IMG/VR virus record: IMGVR_UViG_3300013383_000028
Span: 18,873 to 82,872 of that record
Direction: 5' to 3' (one strand)
Length of the DNA stretch: 64,000 nt
From: a virus
Lineage: Duplodnaviria > Caudoviricetes
Part shown: positions 49,068 through 57,301 of the stretch, in pieces
How positions within the stretch are numbered: position 1 is the first letter of the stretch
Layout of the letters: each line of letters begins with the position of its first letter
Made by a program: the position numbers and the translations under genes
The notes under the pieces: generated by a model
What the model was told of the DNA's origin: nothing
Database searches by the model: none
What the model saw: the letters and a program-made list of their open reading frames with translations, nothing else

Positions 49068-49609
49068 ACGGCCACCTCAACAGGCTTCGGCCAACGCGGA
49101 AGCGCGGCGGCACAGATCTTTTCGTAGATTTCCCTTTGCGCGAGCAGCGTATCGCGTTCCTTCTGCATTGCGCGGTATGCGTCTTCTAAGCCAAATGGCT
49201 CGTTGATCGGAATGCAGGCCTTTTCCAGTGCTTGCTCTTGCGAGACTGCTGCACTGCCCGCGGGGGGGGCAGAGATACCCAAGGAGACGAGCAACGCTTC
49301 GTCGACCATCTTAGTTTCTGCATCCGTTAAAGTGCAGTAGTAGTTCTCCAGACGTGCCTTATCGACTGTATAAACACACTCACACAGCGCAGTGGACTGC
49401 TTCCCCATAGTGTTGATGACGATGTGCGTCGGCATGGGCTTTTTCTCTGCGGTCGTAAGGTACACGATCTCAACTGTTTCGGAATATGTATTGTTTCGGT
49501 CGTTGCTGACGATGATGGCCGGACGGTTCTTTCTGATCTCCGAACCGACAGAATTAAGATCTTGACGAATCCAGAAGATATCTCCCCGATGAATCTTGTA
49601 ATCAAGCAT
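49064..49609 (-). CDS. MazF/PemK-family endoribonuclease (orphan)
   Basis: RGDIFW...GSEIRKNRPAIIVSND..N, PTH, ALCE...TVDK.RL. Confidence 0.85.
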   Translation of the reverse strand: MLDYKIHRGDIFWIRQDLNSVGSEIRKNRPAIIVSNDRNNTYSETVEIVYLTTAEKKPMPTHIVINTMGKQSTALCECVYTVDKARLENYYCTLTDAETKMVDEALLVSLGISAPPAGSAAVSQEQALEKACIPINEPFGLEDAYRAMQKERDTLLAQREIYEKICAAALPRWPKPVEVAV

Positions 49610-49669
49610 GAGTGTGCTTCCTTTCTAGTTGTATTTTTATATGTAGAGGGGCGAAACCGCCCCATGATC

Positions 49670-49945
49670 TCACTTGGCGACAGCGTTTTTCAGAACGCTG
49701 CTTGCCGAGAATTTGACTGCGAATCTTGCAGGAACATCGACCGTTCCACCCGTGGCCGGGTTTCTGGCGGTTCGTGCTTTCTGATACTTTGCAGCAAACT
49801 TTCCGAATCCTGCGATGGTGACATTTTCATGCGCAACGAGTGCTTCTTCAATCGCGGCAAAAACTGCATCGACAGCTTCAAGGCTGGCGGTCTTCGGCAT
49901 ATTAGTCTTGCTGGCAACTGCCTGAACGAGTTCTTCTTTGTTCAT
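49670..49945 (-). CDS. hup: HU-family DNA-binding protein
   Basis: MNKEELVQAVA...GFGKF...ARTARNPATG..V.VPAR..VKF.A...LK.AV. Confidence 0.95.
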   Translation of the reverse strand: MNKEELVQAVASKTNMPKTASLEAVDAVFAAIEEALVAHENVTIAGFGKFAAKYQKARTARNPATGGTVDVPARFAVKFSASSVLKNAVAK

Positions 49946-49972
49946 GTGTACTCCTCCTTTCTTAAGAATCAA

Positions 49973-50047
49973 TGGTGGGCCGTGCAGGTGTCGAGCCTGC
50001 AACCTGCCCGTTATGAGCGGGCTGCTCTGCCGTTGAGCTAACGGCCC
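49973..50047 (-). tRNA. tRNA with CAT anticodon, probably Ile2
   Basis: GGGCCGT/ACGGCCC-ACCA, loop CT-CAT-AA, Ile2-like body; T loop CTCGACA atypical. Confidence 0.8.
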
Positions 50048-50406
50048 GTCTATGACCGGCTTCACGTACCGGCCTTGAGGTCTTGCGCGCAGACAACAAC
50101 GGCAAATCAGGTGATTGCGCACCGGCGCTTAACAGTCGGAAGTTTCTAAAGCGTTCCCAAAGATGCTTCCCCAGCTTGGAAGGATTTCAGTTCGCCCCAA
50201 GCGTCGAACAAACATTTTGCAGCGTAGCTCCTATCCCGCTTTCTGGCCCATATAGCTGCATTGTGCCTCGTTCTCCTTGGACGCTGCGGGTACAGCGTCT
50301 TTAGCCGGGGCCGCTACGATTCACGAATCCGCTATTGCGTGCGTGAATGGATAGCCGTATTTTCCCCATGTTAAATATAGTCGCGCGGAGAACCCCAACG
50401 GGCGGC

Positions 50407-50483
50407 TGGCAGGGGTAGCAGGATTTGAACCTGCGCATATGGGAGTCAAAGGCCCATGCCTTAGACCGCTTGGCGATACCCCT
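50407..50483 (-). tRNA. tRNA-Gln(TTG)
   Basis: AGGGGTA/TACCCCT-GCCA, loop CT-TTG-AC, T arm GCAGG-TTCAAAT-CCTGC. Confidence 0.9.
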
Positions 50484-50623
50484 TTGTTGCCGGTCTTTCC
50501 CGGCCGTCAAAGCGCTTACATTCCCGAAGAGCTAATCCTTGGTATCGGCTGTATCAACCCGACGACACCGCTGCCAGATGCGGAGGCTTCATTCCACCGG
50601 GGGAAGTCATCCGATGGCGGGCA

Positions 50624-50690
50624 TGGGCGGCTTGGCAGAATCGAACTGCCTCGGGTCAGTTGCTCGTCGCTGCCCTTTACCAAATGCCGC
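50624..50690 (-). ncRNA. tRNA-like RNA / pseudo-tRNA
   Basis: GCGGC/GCCGC-CCA end and perfect T arm GGCAG-TTCGATT-CTGCC; D arm reduced, no canonical anticodon loop. Confidence 0.45.
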
Positions 50691-50852
50691 GTGTTGCCAC
50701 ACTGACGCAGTGGCCTCGGCTGTCTCTCCAGCTGTTACCGCTTCGTGTCGGCTGCTTGCGGTTAGCCCCCGTGGGTACACAATTCCGTCTGCCTGCTGTG
50801 ACCTATCTATGGCAGACCCGTTCAGGCTTGTACTTCGCCCGGTCACTGGACG

Positions 50853-50928
50853 TGGTGGAACCGACCAGACTTGAACTGGTGGCCTCCTGATTCCAAATCA
50901 GGCGCGCTTCCAACTGCGCTACGGCTCC
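50853..50928 (-). tRNA. tRNA-Pro(TGG)
   Basis: CCTGA-TT-TGG-AA-TCAGG; GGAGCCG/CGGTTCC-ACCA. Confidence 0.9.
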
Positions 50929-51116
50929 ATATTGGCCGTCTTCCCGCTTAGATTTTCACACGCTACCGGCAACTACGGTCCGAAGATCCGCAGCCCCTAT
51001 TCCGTCAGGTCAAACCGGTCTTGACGCATCAAGACAAGCGCAGTTTTCAGCGGGCATTTTCGTTCTCTGTGTGGCTCGACGGTCGCGCACACATCATCCG
51101 GGAGCGACCCGGCATC

Positions 51117-51203
51117 TGGCGGCAGATGGAGGTGTCGAACCCCACGGCTTTCACCGCGCACTGTTTTCAAGACAGGCTCCGAGGCCGCTCGAAATCATCT
51201 GCC
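51117..51203 (-). tRNA. tRNA-Ser(TGA)
   Basis: GGCAGAT/ATCTGCC-GCCA, loop CT-TGA-AA, long variable arm. Confidence 0.85.
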
Positions 51204-51210
51204 GTATTGG

Positions 51211-51284
51211 TTGGAGGTTTTGCACCATGCACGTTCAGGAGTCGAACCTGACCGTTTGGGGACTCGAACCCCGCTGCACCTCCA
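51211..51284 (-). ncRNA. tRNA-sized RNA with two T-arm hairpins
   Basis: TGGAGGT/ACCTCCA stem enclosing GGGG-TTCGAGT-CCCC and CAGG-TTCGACT-CCTG. Confidence 0.5.
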
Positions 51285-51501
51285 AGGATGACCGTCACCC
51301 TATATTGCACGGAATAGGCTTTTCTCACCGCGCTATGAACCTGTAACCTCACCGTTCTTTGTCTGGTTTCTTGTTGACCAGCAACAGCGCCATATCGCTT
51401 CAGATTCTAATGGCTTGCGCGGAATAGTGTCATCACCGTGCTATGAGCCTTCGCACAATCTCGCTCTTTGGGCGGCACGATGCCCCGCCATGATACCCAT
51501 G

Positions 51502-51575
51502 TGGACCGGTATACGAGGGTCGAACTCGCGCTCTCAGTTTGGAGGACTGATGTGCTACCACTACACCAATACCGG
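51502..51575 (-). tRNA. tRNA-Gly(TCC), atypical C33 and C1-G72
   Basis: TCAGT-CC-TCC-AA-ACTGA; CCGGTAT/ATACCGG-TCCA with U73. Confidence 0.8.
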
Positions 51576-51911
51576 ATATTTCGCACCGGCGTTTTTCTGG
51601 ACGCCGGTACTTCTCGTCTTTCCGAGCCGCCAACGAAAAAAGAAAAGATACATGAACTTCGCAGAGTATCAGAACTGCCCTGATGATAGCCTACCATTTG
51701 CCGGTTGCTTCTCTGCATACAGCACCCCATTTTACACGGTTGCGGGTGCGCTCTTGGCCGAAACCCACAGCTGATCTTCCCAGATCAGAGCGCCGGAATC
51801 TCTAAAATGTCCCGGCGAGCGCCTGCGCTTACGTGGGTGACGCTTTTCTTTATCAGAAAGGAGGCCATATGCCGTGCCGCAGGAAATCGCATGAAAAAAC
51901 TGCGGCATTGT

Positions 51912-51975
51912 GGTGAGAACCGGACTTGAACCGGTGCGGTGTGGCCGGGAACCACCCCACGTACCTACTCCCACC
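51912..51975 (-). ncRNA. degenerate tRNA-like RNA
   Basis: GTGGGA/TCTCAC stem, T arm ACCGG-TTCAAGT-CCGGT. Confidence 0.35.
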
Positions 51976-52071
51976 GTGTACCGGGTTGAATGAAACCCGG
52001 ATGGCTCTAGTTTTCTTGGTTTTGACTGCCTACCTTCCCACTATGTGCTGTTCCAGTTTTCTTGGTTTCGC

Positions 52072-53160
52072 TTACGCAATCTCCGGCTGCGGTATTTGCT
52101 TCAACCGGAGCTTTCCGAAAAAACTGTCTCCGCTGACCTCCAAACGTTCAATGTTCCTCTGTGCCTGCCGTTCTTTCTCTTCCTGCACGGTTTTCGTCAT
52201 CCTGCGGCGCTTCCGGCTGGTGAGTTTACCGGAATATATCTGCGTTGTCGATACCGACTCATGTCCCAACTTTGACTGAAGCTCTTCAATGCTCATGCCG
52301 CCATTCAGGTCAAGCCGCGCACCGACGTGCCGCAGATCGTGGGTGCGGATGTTGTCTACACCAGTTACAGATTTCACGTGCCGACAAACAACATTTGAAA
52401 GCCACTGCCGCGTCCCTGCGTGCCACTCCTCGCCCTTGTTGTCTCCCTGAAAGTCTCTGGTTGCTTCTGTCCCAAACAGCGGCTCGTCGCTGCCTGCGGT
52501 CTCAGGGCGTGCGCCACTGTTCAGATAAAGTCGCATGGCTGTCTGCGCAAGAAGGGGGAAGTCTACCGGTCTGTACTTGTCACCTTTTCCGTGCTCGACG
52601 GACAGTTCCGAGTTCTCCCAATCCAGATCATTCGGCGTGAGCGCCAGAAGCTCGCTGTTCCGGATTTCAGTGGTCAGGAGTAAAATTACAATGGCGTAAT
52701 TCCTCGGCCACAGATCCGGACGCCTGTATCCTTTCGGAGGATTGTTCCGCCAGAGCAGCAGGACTTGCTCGTCCGTCAGAAATTGGTCGTAAGGCCTTTT
52801 TTGCTGCTTGCGAGTATCCGGAACAAGAATCGGCGCGACCGGATTCGTTTCGTACCAGCGGGCATCCCCGAGCTGTGGCGATGACGCGAAGCGGTACAAA
52901 GCGGAAAGCACAGTTAAGTATTGCCTGATGGTAGACGGTTTTTTACCGTCTCGGCGCATCTGGTCGCGCCATGCCTGAATATCGATGAAGCTTTCTTCGC
53001 GCCTGTCCCATCGTTGGTTATCCAGCATGAAACCGGAGAACAGTTTGAATATCTGCTCCTCGTTCCTGATTGTTGATTCAGCCCTCCCAATGGCACGAAG
53101 ATTGTTTTCATACGCAACCATCGCAGACTGAAATTTTTCACAGGCATTTGGGAAGCTCAT
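52072..53160 (-). CDS. tyrosine recombinase/integrase
   Basis: EIRNSEL (R), GKGDKYR (K), HDLRH (H-x-x-R), LGHESVSTTQIY (H, Y). Confidence 0.92.
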   Translation of the reverse strand: MSFPNACEKFQSAMVAYENNLRAIGRAESTIRNEEQIFKLFSGFMLDNQRWDRREESFIDIQAWRDQMRRDGKKPSTIRQYLTVLSALYRFASSPQLGDARWYETNPVAPILVPDTRKQQKRPYDQFLTDEQVLLLWRNNPPKGYRRPDLWPRNYAIVILLLTTEIRNSELLALTPNDLDWENSELSVEHGKGDKYRPVDFPLLAQTAMRLYLNSGARPETAGSDEPLFGTEATRDFQGDNKGEEWHAGTRQWLSNVVCRHVKSVTGVDNIRTHDLRHVGARLDLNGGMSIEELQSKLGHESVSTTQIYSGKLTSRKRRRMTKTVQEEKERQAQRNIERLEVSGDSFFGKLRLKQIPQPEIA

Positions 53161-53183
53161 GTGAAATCCCCCTTACATTTTGC

Positions 53184-53219
53184 ATTATAGCAAATGCTCC
53201 AAGTCGAATATGTCGCACC
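53184..53219 (-). promoter_or_regulatory. 24-bp tandem 0A-box-like element + -10, copy 1 (recombinase)
   Basis: GGTGCGACATATTCGACTTGGAGC-N6-TATAAT on minus strand. Confidence 0.7.
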
Positions 53220-53223
53220 AAAA

Positions 53224-53715
53224 TCAGGAAATTCCAAGAAAATTATGATTTATTATATCCAGCTCTTCCATATATTTCGGGTGCACGTATCCTTCGAGTG
53301 CGCGGTCGATATGTTGCACTTCCTCGTCTCTTCCCATGATCCGAAGGAACGCGGCAGCAATGCGCCGATATGCTTTCCGCGCGTCGTTGAGCGGGGCCAG
53401 GAACTGCTCAAATACCGGCGTGTATCCGACAGGATAGTCCAACCCGAACAACTCCTTGTACCCCTGTGCAATCAGCGGCACAAATTCGTTCGCGAACTTT
53501 GATTCGTCCATGAGAAAAGCGTCCTTTTCGCCCTTGACACGCTTGCCGTCCTCGGTGTAGAACTCGCCGTGTTTTGCGGCGTATTCGTATGCCGCTCTCT
53601 CACGCGCCAGTGCGTCATTATACGCCTGTTCCGCCGCTTTCATTGCTGCATAGCGAGCTAAACCTACTACGCGCAATTCGTCCAACTGCTTCTGAATATT
53701 TGCTGTGATTACCAT
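53224..53715 (-). CDS. hypothetical protein
   Basis: AAGGAG SD; 163 aa. Confidence 0.65.
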   Translation of the reverse strand: MVITANIQKQLDELRVVGLARYAAMKAAEQAYNDALARERAAYEYAAKHGEFYTEDGKRVKGEKDAFLMDESKFANEFVPLIAQGYKELFGLDYPVGYTPVFEQFLAPLNDARKAYRRIAAAFLRIMGRDEEVQHIDRALEGYVHPKYMEELDIINHNFLGIS

Positions 53716-54044
53716 ACCTTTCTCCTTTGCGTTTGTCGCCGCGTTGCGATTCCGTGCTATTCCAGCGCAAAGCTGTGCGCTGCGTCACCGTTCCATGACG
53801 TTGCCACACCCGTCATCGCTGCACTACTCCATGGCTACGCACTTCTCAACTACTCCGTTGCACCGCCGAGCATTTCTTTGCCATCCCATTGCCTCTAAAA
53901 CCTATGCTATCCACTTCCGTTGCCAAGCATCGCGGCTCCGCGCGCTGCATTTCCCCGCCTTTGCATTTCTGTTCGCGTCGACACTTTTCTTTGCCATTCC
54001 TTTGCTGGACAATGCCGATCTCCGCATGCGCTAAATGTCATGCT

Positions 54045-54212
54045 TTAATACCCCCAATCCTGAATGATCTTCCCGTCCTTGACGAGCTGCGGGAAGAATT
54101 TCCCGCCGGTTGCTTCGTCACGTTTCCTTGCCGCTTCCCGTGCCTGGTCGACGCTTTTGAATGCGCCGATCAGAGTGGGGAAGTCTGCATAACTGTCGTA
54201 CAGTTCGTACAT
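54045..54212 (-). CDS. small hypothetical protein (55 aa)
   Basis: GGAGG SD; MYELYDSYADFPTLIGAFKSVDQAREAAR... Confidence 0.6.
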   Translation of the reverse strand: MYELYDSYADFPTLIGAFKSVDQAREAARKRDEATGGKFFPQLVKDGKIIQDWGY

Positions 54213-54225
54213 GCGCGTCCTCCTG

Positions 54226-54576
54226 TCAGATGAAGCTTACGGCTCCGCTCGTAATGAGCAGCGTGGCGGCTGTAGCGATGGAAGACACGATGACAACGAT
54301 GGACGCGATACAGCGGCGTTTACGTTCCACTTGCCGCTTGTAGGCCTGCTGCGCGTGCTTGGCACGGACTACGTCTGCGTGGTGGCAGACAAGATGCGAG
54401 AAAACATCTTCCGGTGTGAGTTCCGGAACATACATGAGAGCCTTTGACTTTTCCATTTGAATGATCTCCTTCCTTTTGATACGGGCATTTTTGTCCTTGG
54501 CAAACTTGCGTTTGCTCTTTGATTTTTGATCTACTGGATTTCTGCGCTTTTCCCGCTGATCGCGGGATTTTTTCAT
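54226..54576 (-). CDS. hypothetical membrane-anchored protein (start may be 54456)
   Basis: C-terminal TM helix; SD before 54456. Confidence 0.55.
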   Translation of the reverse strand: MKKSRDQREKRRNPVDQKSKSKRKFAKDKNARIKRKEIIQMEKSKALMYVPELTPEDVFSHLVCHHADVVRAKHAQQAYKRQVERKRRCIASIVVIVSSIATAATLLITSGAVSFI

Positions 54577-54932
54577 GCTGACAACCGGCGCTCGATTTCA
54601 CTTGCGCATTGGAAGACAAACATGACGTTTGTGGGTTTACCTCTTTCCGGATCGATTGAGTTTCCGAAGATCTCATACTTGTGAGTCGTATTGAGACTAT
54701 CGAACGCTACCTCAATGGCGTGGCGCATGCTGCGCTCAACACTGTTGACCGTTTTTCCATATTTCTTTGCGATTTCATAGTACACTCCACCTGGCTTTGT
54801 CGCGATGGTGCCTTCATAGTCTCCGTCGTAAGCACACTTGACAGCTTCCGTTAAATACCGGTATCCGTCGAGGTGTGCCGGAACGCCAAGTTCTTTGAAC
54901 AGATCATAGATTGCGCATTCGGTTTTTGTCAT
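54573..54932 (-). CDS. Spo0A C-terminal effector-domain protein, no receiver domain
   Basis: LGVPAHLDGYRYL..A, Y.EIAKKY..T..SVERSMRHAIEVAF, RGKPTN..F match Spo0A_C. Confidence 0.9.
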   Translation of the reverse strand: MTKTECAIYDLFKELGVPAHLDGYRYLTEAVKCAYDGDYEGTIATKPGGVYYEIAKKYGKTVNSVERSMRHAIEVAFDSLNTTHKYEIFGNSIDPERGKPTNVMFVFQCASEIERRLSA

Positions 54933-55004
54933 TTTGCATTCCTCCTAAAAATTTGATTGATAGTTTTTCTTCTACTGGGTTCCTTGTTTTGTCCCGATAA
55001 TCTC

Positions 55005-55050
55005 AATATAACACCCGCTCCAAGTCGAATATGTCGCACCTTATTCGACA
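55005..55050 (-). promoter_or_regulatory. 24-bp tandem 0A-box-like element + -10, copy 2 (spo0A-C), plus a perfect TGTCGAA box
   Basis: Motif 55017-55040, N6, TATATT; TGTCGAA on minus strand at 55050-55044. Confidence 0.7.
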
Positions 55051-55063
55051 CAGAATTGGACTT

Positions 55064-55270
55064 TTAATCGGTCTGGATCGTTGTCGCGACGTCCAGCTCC
55101 ACGACAACCTTTCCGTCGTGAACGTCCGGATAGATCGTCTTCACACGATAACTGCCGATGCCGTCGAGGATGGCCGGATTGCCAAGATCTACAGCTGACG
55201 CATAGCCGTCAATACCAAGAATCCAGCTATCGACGTTTTGGGTGTGCTCATAGATTTCTTTGATGGTCAT
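55064..55270 (-). CDS. conserved 68-aa protein, copy 3
   Basis: MTIKEIYEHTQNVDSW...ELDVATTIQTD. Confidence 0.85.
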   Translation of the reverse strand: MTIKEIYEHTQNVDSWILGIDGYASAVDLGNPAILDGIGSYRVKTIYPDVHDGKVVVELDVATTIQTD

Positions 55271-55283
55271 AATTTTCTCCTCC

Positions 55284-56057
55284 TTAGTTTTTGTGCATTT
55301 TAGCCGCTACCAACTGCGCGTATCTGCGTTGAACGATTCCTGCGAAGATTTCCCGCAGGCGCTGATCCTGTGCGATAACCGTCAGCTTGTTGACGGCCTG
55401 ACGGTCTGCGTATTTCGCGCCGCCGACCTTCATGCGTTCGCGCTGGTGCTTCACCCGGACTTCGAGGTTGCAGCCAGCGGATTCTTCCAGCGACTTATAG
55501 AGCGAGCCGGTTTCCTTCTGGAAGTTGAGATCGAACTCCATGCACATCTGCCGGATTCTGCTTCTAGTCTCCACCTGCCAATGATCGCGGCTGACGGTAG
55601 GGGAGGCGAGTGCGGAGAATGCCGTGCTCATGGTGTCGCGCATCTGCGTCTGGCCGGTTTCAAGAGCGGCAATGCGGCGCTCCTGATCTACCATAAGCTG
55701 CGCTTGCGCAAGCAACTGCTCGGCAGGGGAAAGTGACGCTTTCAAACGCTTCTGCATTTCCTCAAAAGCCGTAACATAAGCGGCTGTGAATAATACGCCT
55801 TTCTCGCCTGTCATTTTGTTTGCTACCATGTCGCAGCCTTTGCGCGTGAGAAAGTAGCGCGGGCGAGTTTTTCCTTGAGCGTCAACATAGTTGCTCGGAA
55901 CAAAGAAATCCAGCGAACGGAATTTTCCGTTGGCTAAAAAATCGTTGTATGTGCTTATCTTTTCCAGCAAGTCGGCGTGTCTCATTTCAATGGACTGCGC
56001 AACTTCTCTGCTGTCTAAAACCTCGATACCGTTGTTTGTGGTAACTTGCAGTTTCAT
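55284..56057 (-). CDS. Rha-family antirepressor (module 3)
   Basis: LDSREVAQSIEMRHADLL, YFLTRKGCDMVANKMTGEKG..FTAAYV..F; C terminus homologous to module 1. Confidence 0.85.
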   Translation of the reverse strand: MKLQVTTNNGIEVLDSREVAQSIEMRHADLLEKISTYNDFLANGKFRSLDFFVPSNYVDAQGKTRPRYFLTRKGCDMVANKMTGEKGVLFTAAYVTAFEEMQKRLKASLSPAEQLLAQAQLMVDQERRIAALETGQTQMRDTMSTAFSALASPTVSRDHWQVETRSRIRQMCMEFDLNFQKETGSLYKSLEESAGCNLEVRVKHQRERMKVGGAKYADRQAVNKLTVIAQDQRLREIFAGIVQRRYAQLVAAKMHKN

Positions 56058-56105
56058 CGTGTAATCCTTTCCGGAAGATATAAAAATCCCCCTATCAAAT
56101 TTGGA

Positions 56106-56239
56106 TTGACAGGGGAATATAATCACGGTATAATTAAAAAACCGTAAAGTATCCCCCATGTCATGCGGGTATTTTCGGGCAGCTCCCTTCTTTGTGCCGG
56201 TCGCCAAACTAGTCACAGGGAAGGGGGTATTTTATTTAT
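56106..56239 (+). ncRNA. antisense sRNA of module 3 with consensus promoter
   Basis: TTGACA (56106)-N17-TATAAT (56129); 15-bp stem GCTCCCTTCTTTGTG/CACAGGGAAGGGGGT + ATTTTATTT. Confidence 0.65.
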
Positions 56240-56333
56240 CGGATTCAAGATCTTTTTTAATCAGCTTCAAGATGTACTCTTTTAGGGTGATTTCCTCTTG
56301 CGCAAACCTCCTTAAAAAACACTTTTTTCTCAT
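56232..56333 (-). pseudogene. truncated RHH gene remnant (module 3)
   Basis: 33 codons ending AQEEITLKEYILKLIKKDLESDK, like the second RHH helix; at the RHH position of the other modules. Confidence 0.45.
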
Positions 56334-56464
56334 ACTACCATGCCATTCCAGTTTTTCAAGCACCTGCATCAAATTTTGTAAATTCTGACGAGATGCCTGT
56401 ACTTATACTTCTACGCAAAATCTGCGTTTGTCCCGCAGAATCGACCTTAAATTTTCTTGGTTTG

Positions 56465-56493
56465 TTGACATTATGGGAACGTCCCGTTAAAAT
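56465..56493 (+). promoter_or_regulatory. sigmaA promoter of type I toxin 2
   Basis: TTGACA-N17-TAAAAT. Confidence 0.7.
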
Positions 56494-56576
56494 AAAAAAG
56501 CCCACCTTCCGGTGGGCGGGGCGCTGCATGGAGGTGGCAGACGGTCGGCACTTCCCTTAAAAAGGAGGTGTTTCGC

Positions 56577-56663
56577 ATGGCTACATGGACTGAGATTTTC
56601 TCGTTCTCCACCGTACTCATCGCATTTGCGGGTTTGATCGTTCAGATCTGCAAAAAGAAATGA
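56577..56663 (+). CDS. type I toxin-like 28-aa peptide, copy 2
   Basis: MATWTEIFSFSTVLIAFAGLIVQICKKK; paralogue of 42364; SD AGGAGGTG. Confidence 0.75.
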   Translation: MATWTEIFSFSTVLIAFAGLIVQICKKK

Positions 56664-56768
56664 CCGCCATCGGCATAAGGCTAGGTCAAATCCCCTAGGC
56701 ATCCTTGGCTGACCGCTTGTGGCAGCGCCCCTTTTTCTTTATTATACCGAAAAAATGAAAAGTGTCAA
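56650..56768 (-). ncRNA. putative RNA antitoxin 2 (including its promoter)
   Basis: TTGACA (56768-63)-N16-TATAAT (56746-41), convergent on toxin 3' end. Confidence 0.6.
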
Positions 56769-57013
56769 TGAAAACCAGAACCGTCCGAACGTTGGCGGCT
56801 CTGGTTTTCTTGGTTTCAACCATTTTTGTGACCTTGCGGAAATGGTCGCTTGGTACTGACTTGGTGCAAACTTAAGACCAACTTAGAACTGACTTGCGTG
56901 TGTTTTCCGTGTGTTTTCCGTGTGTTTCCCGTGCGATTCTATTATTACAGCGTGGAATGTTGCGGCCAACTTGCAACCTGCTTGCGATCAATTTCGTGAG
57001 GTCACGAAGATGA

Positions 57014-57250
57014 TCAAATACGAACGACAGCAGACTTATACAGTTTCTTCACTCCGCCCACAACGGTCACTTCGCGGTTCTGCGAGACGATTTCCTTCCC
57101 GTAGGTTTCTATCGGTGAAATATCGTTGACGTCGCAGACGGTTTCCAACGCCGCCAGATCACCGGGATTCAATGGCAATCCGGTCGAAGTCGAGAAGAAT
57201 TTGTTTTCTTGGTTTATCCGGTACTCACCGGGCTTGTAGAACATAGGCAT
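57014..57250 (-). CDS. hypothetical protein
   Basis: GGAGG SD; 78 aa. Confidence 0.6.
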   Translation of the reverse strand: MPMFYKPGEYRINQENKFFSTSTGLPLNPGDLAALETVCDVNDISPIETYGKEIVSQNREVTVVGGVKKLYKSAVVRI

Positions 57251-57301
57251 CCCTCCCTGAAAATATAATATCGTGATTCTGCCTTGATTTCAAGCCAAGA
57301 A

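Noticed and set aside
51502-51575. tRNA-Trp(CCA) reading of the CTCCAAA loop
   Set aside because: The 5-bp stem TCAGT/ACTGA centres TCC, and U73 fits Gly.
51670-51775. Hammerhead ribozyme (CTGATGA ... GAAA on + strand)
   Set aside because: Stem II closing pair does not fit, and the motif is on the strand opposite the tRNA transcript.
53705-54034. Plus-strand low-complexity ORF in the early region
   Set aside because: Against local gene direction, no SD, repetitive composition; not called.
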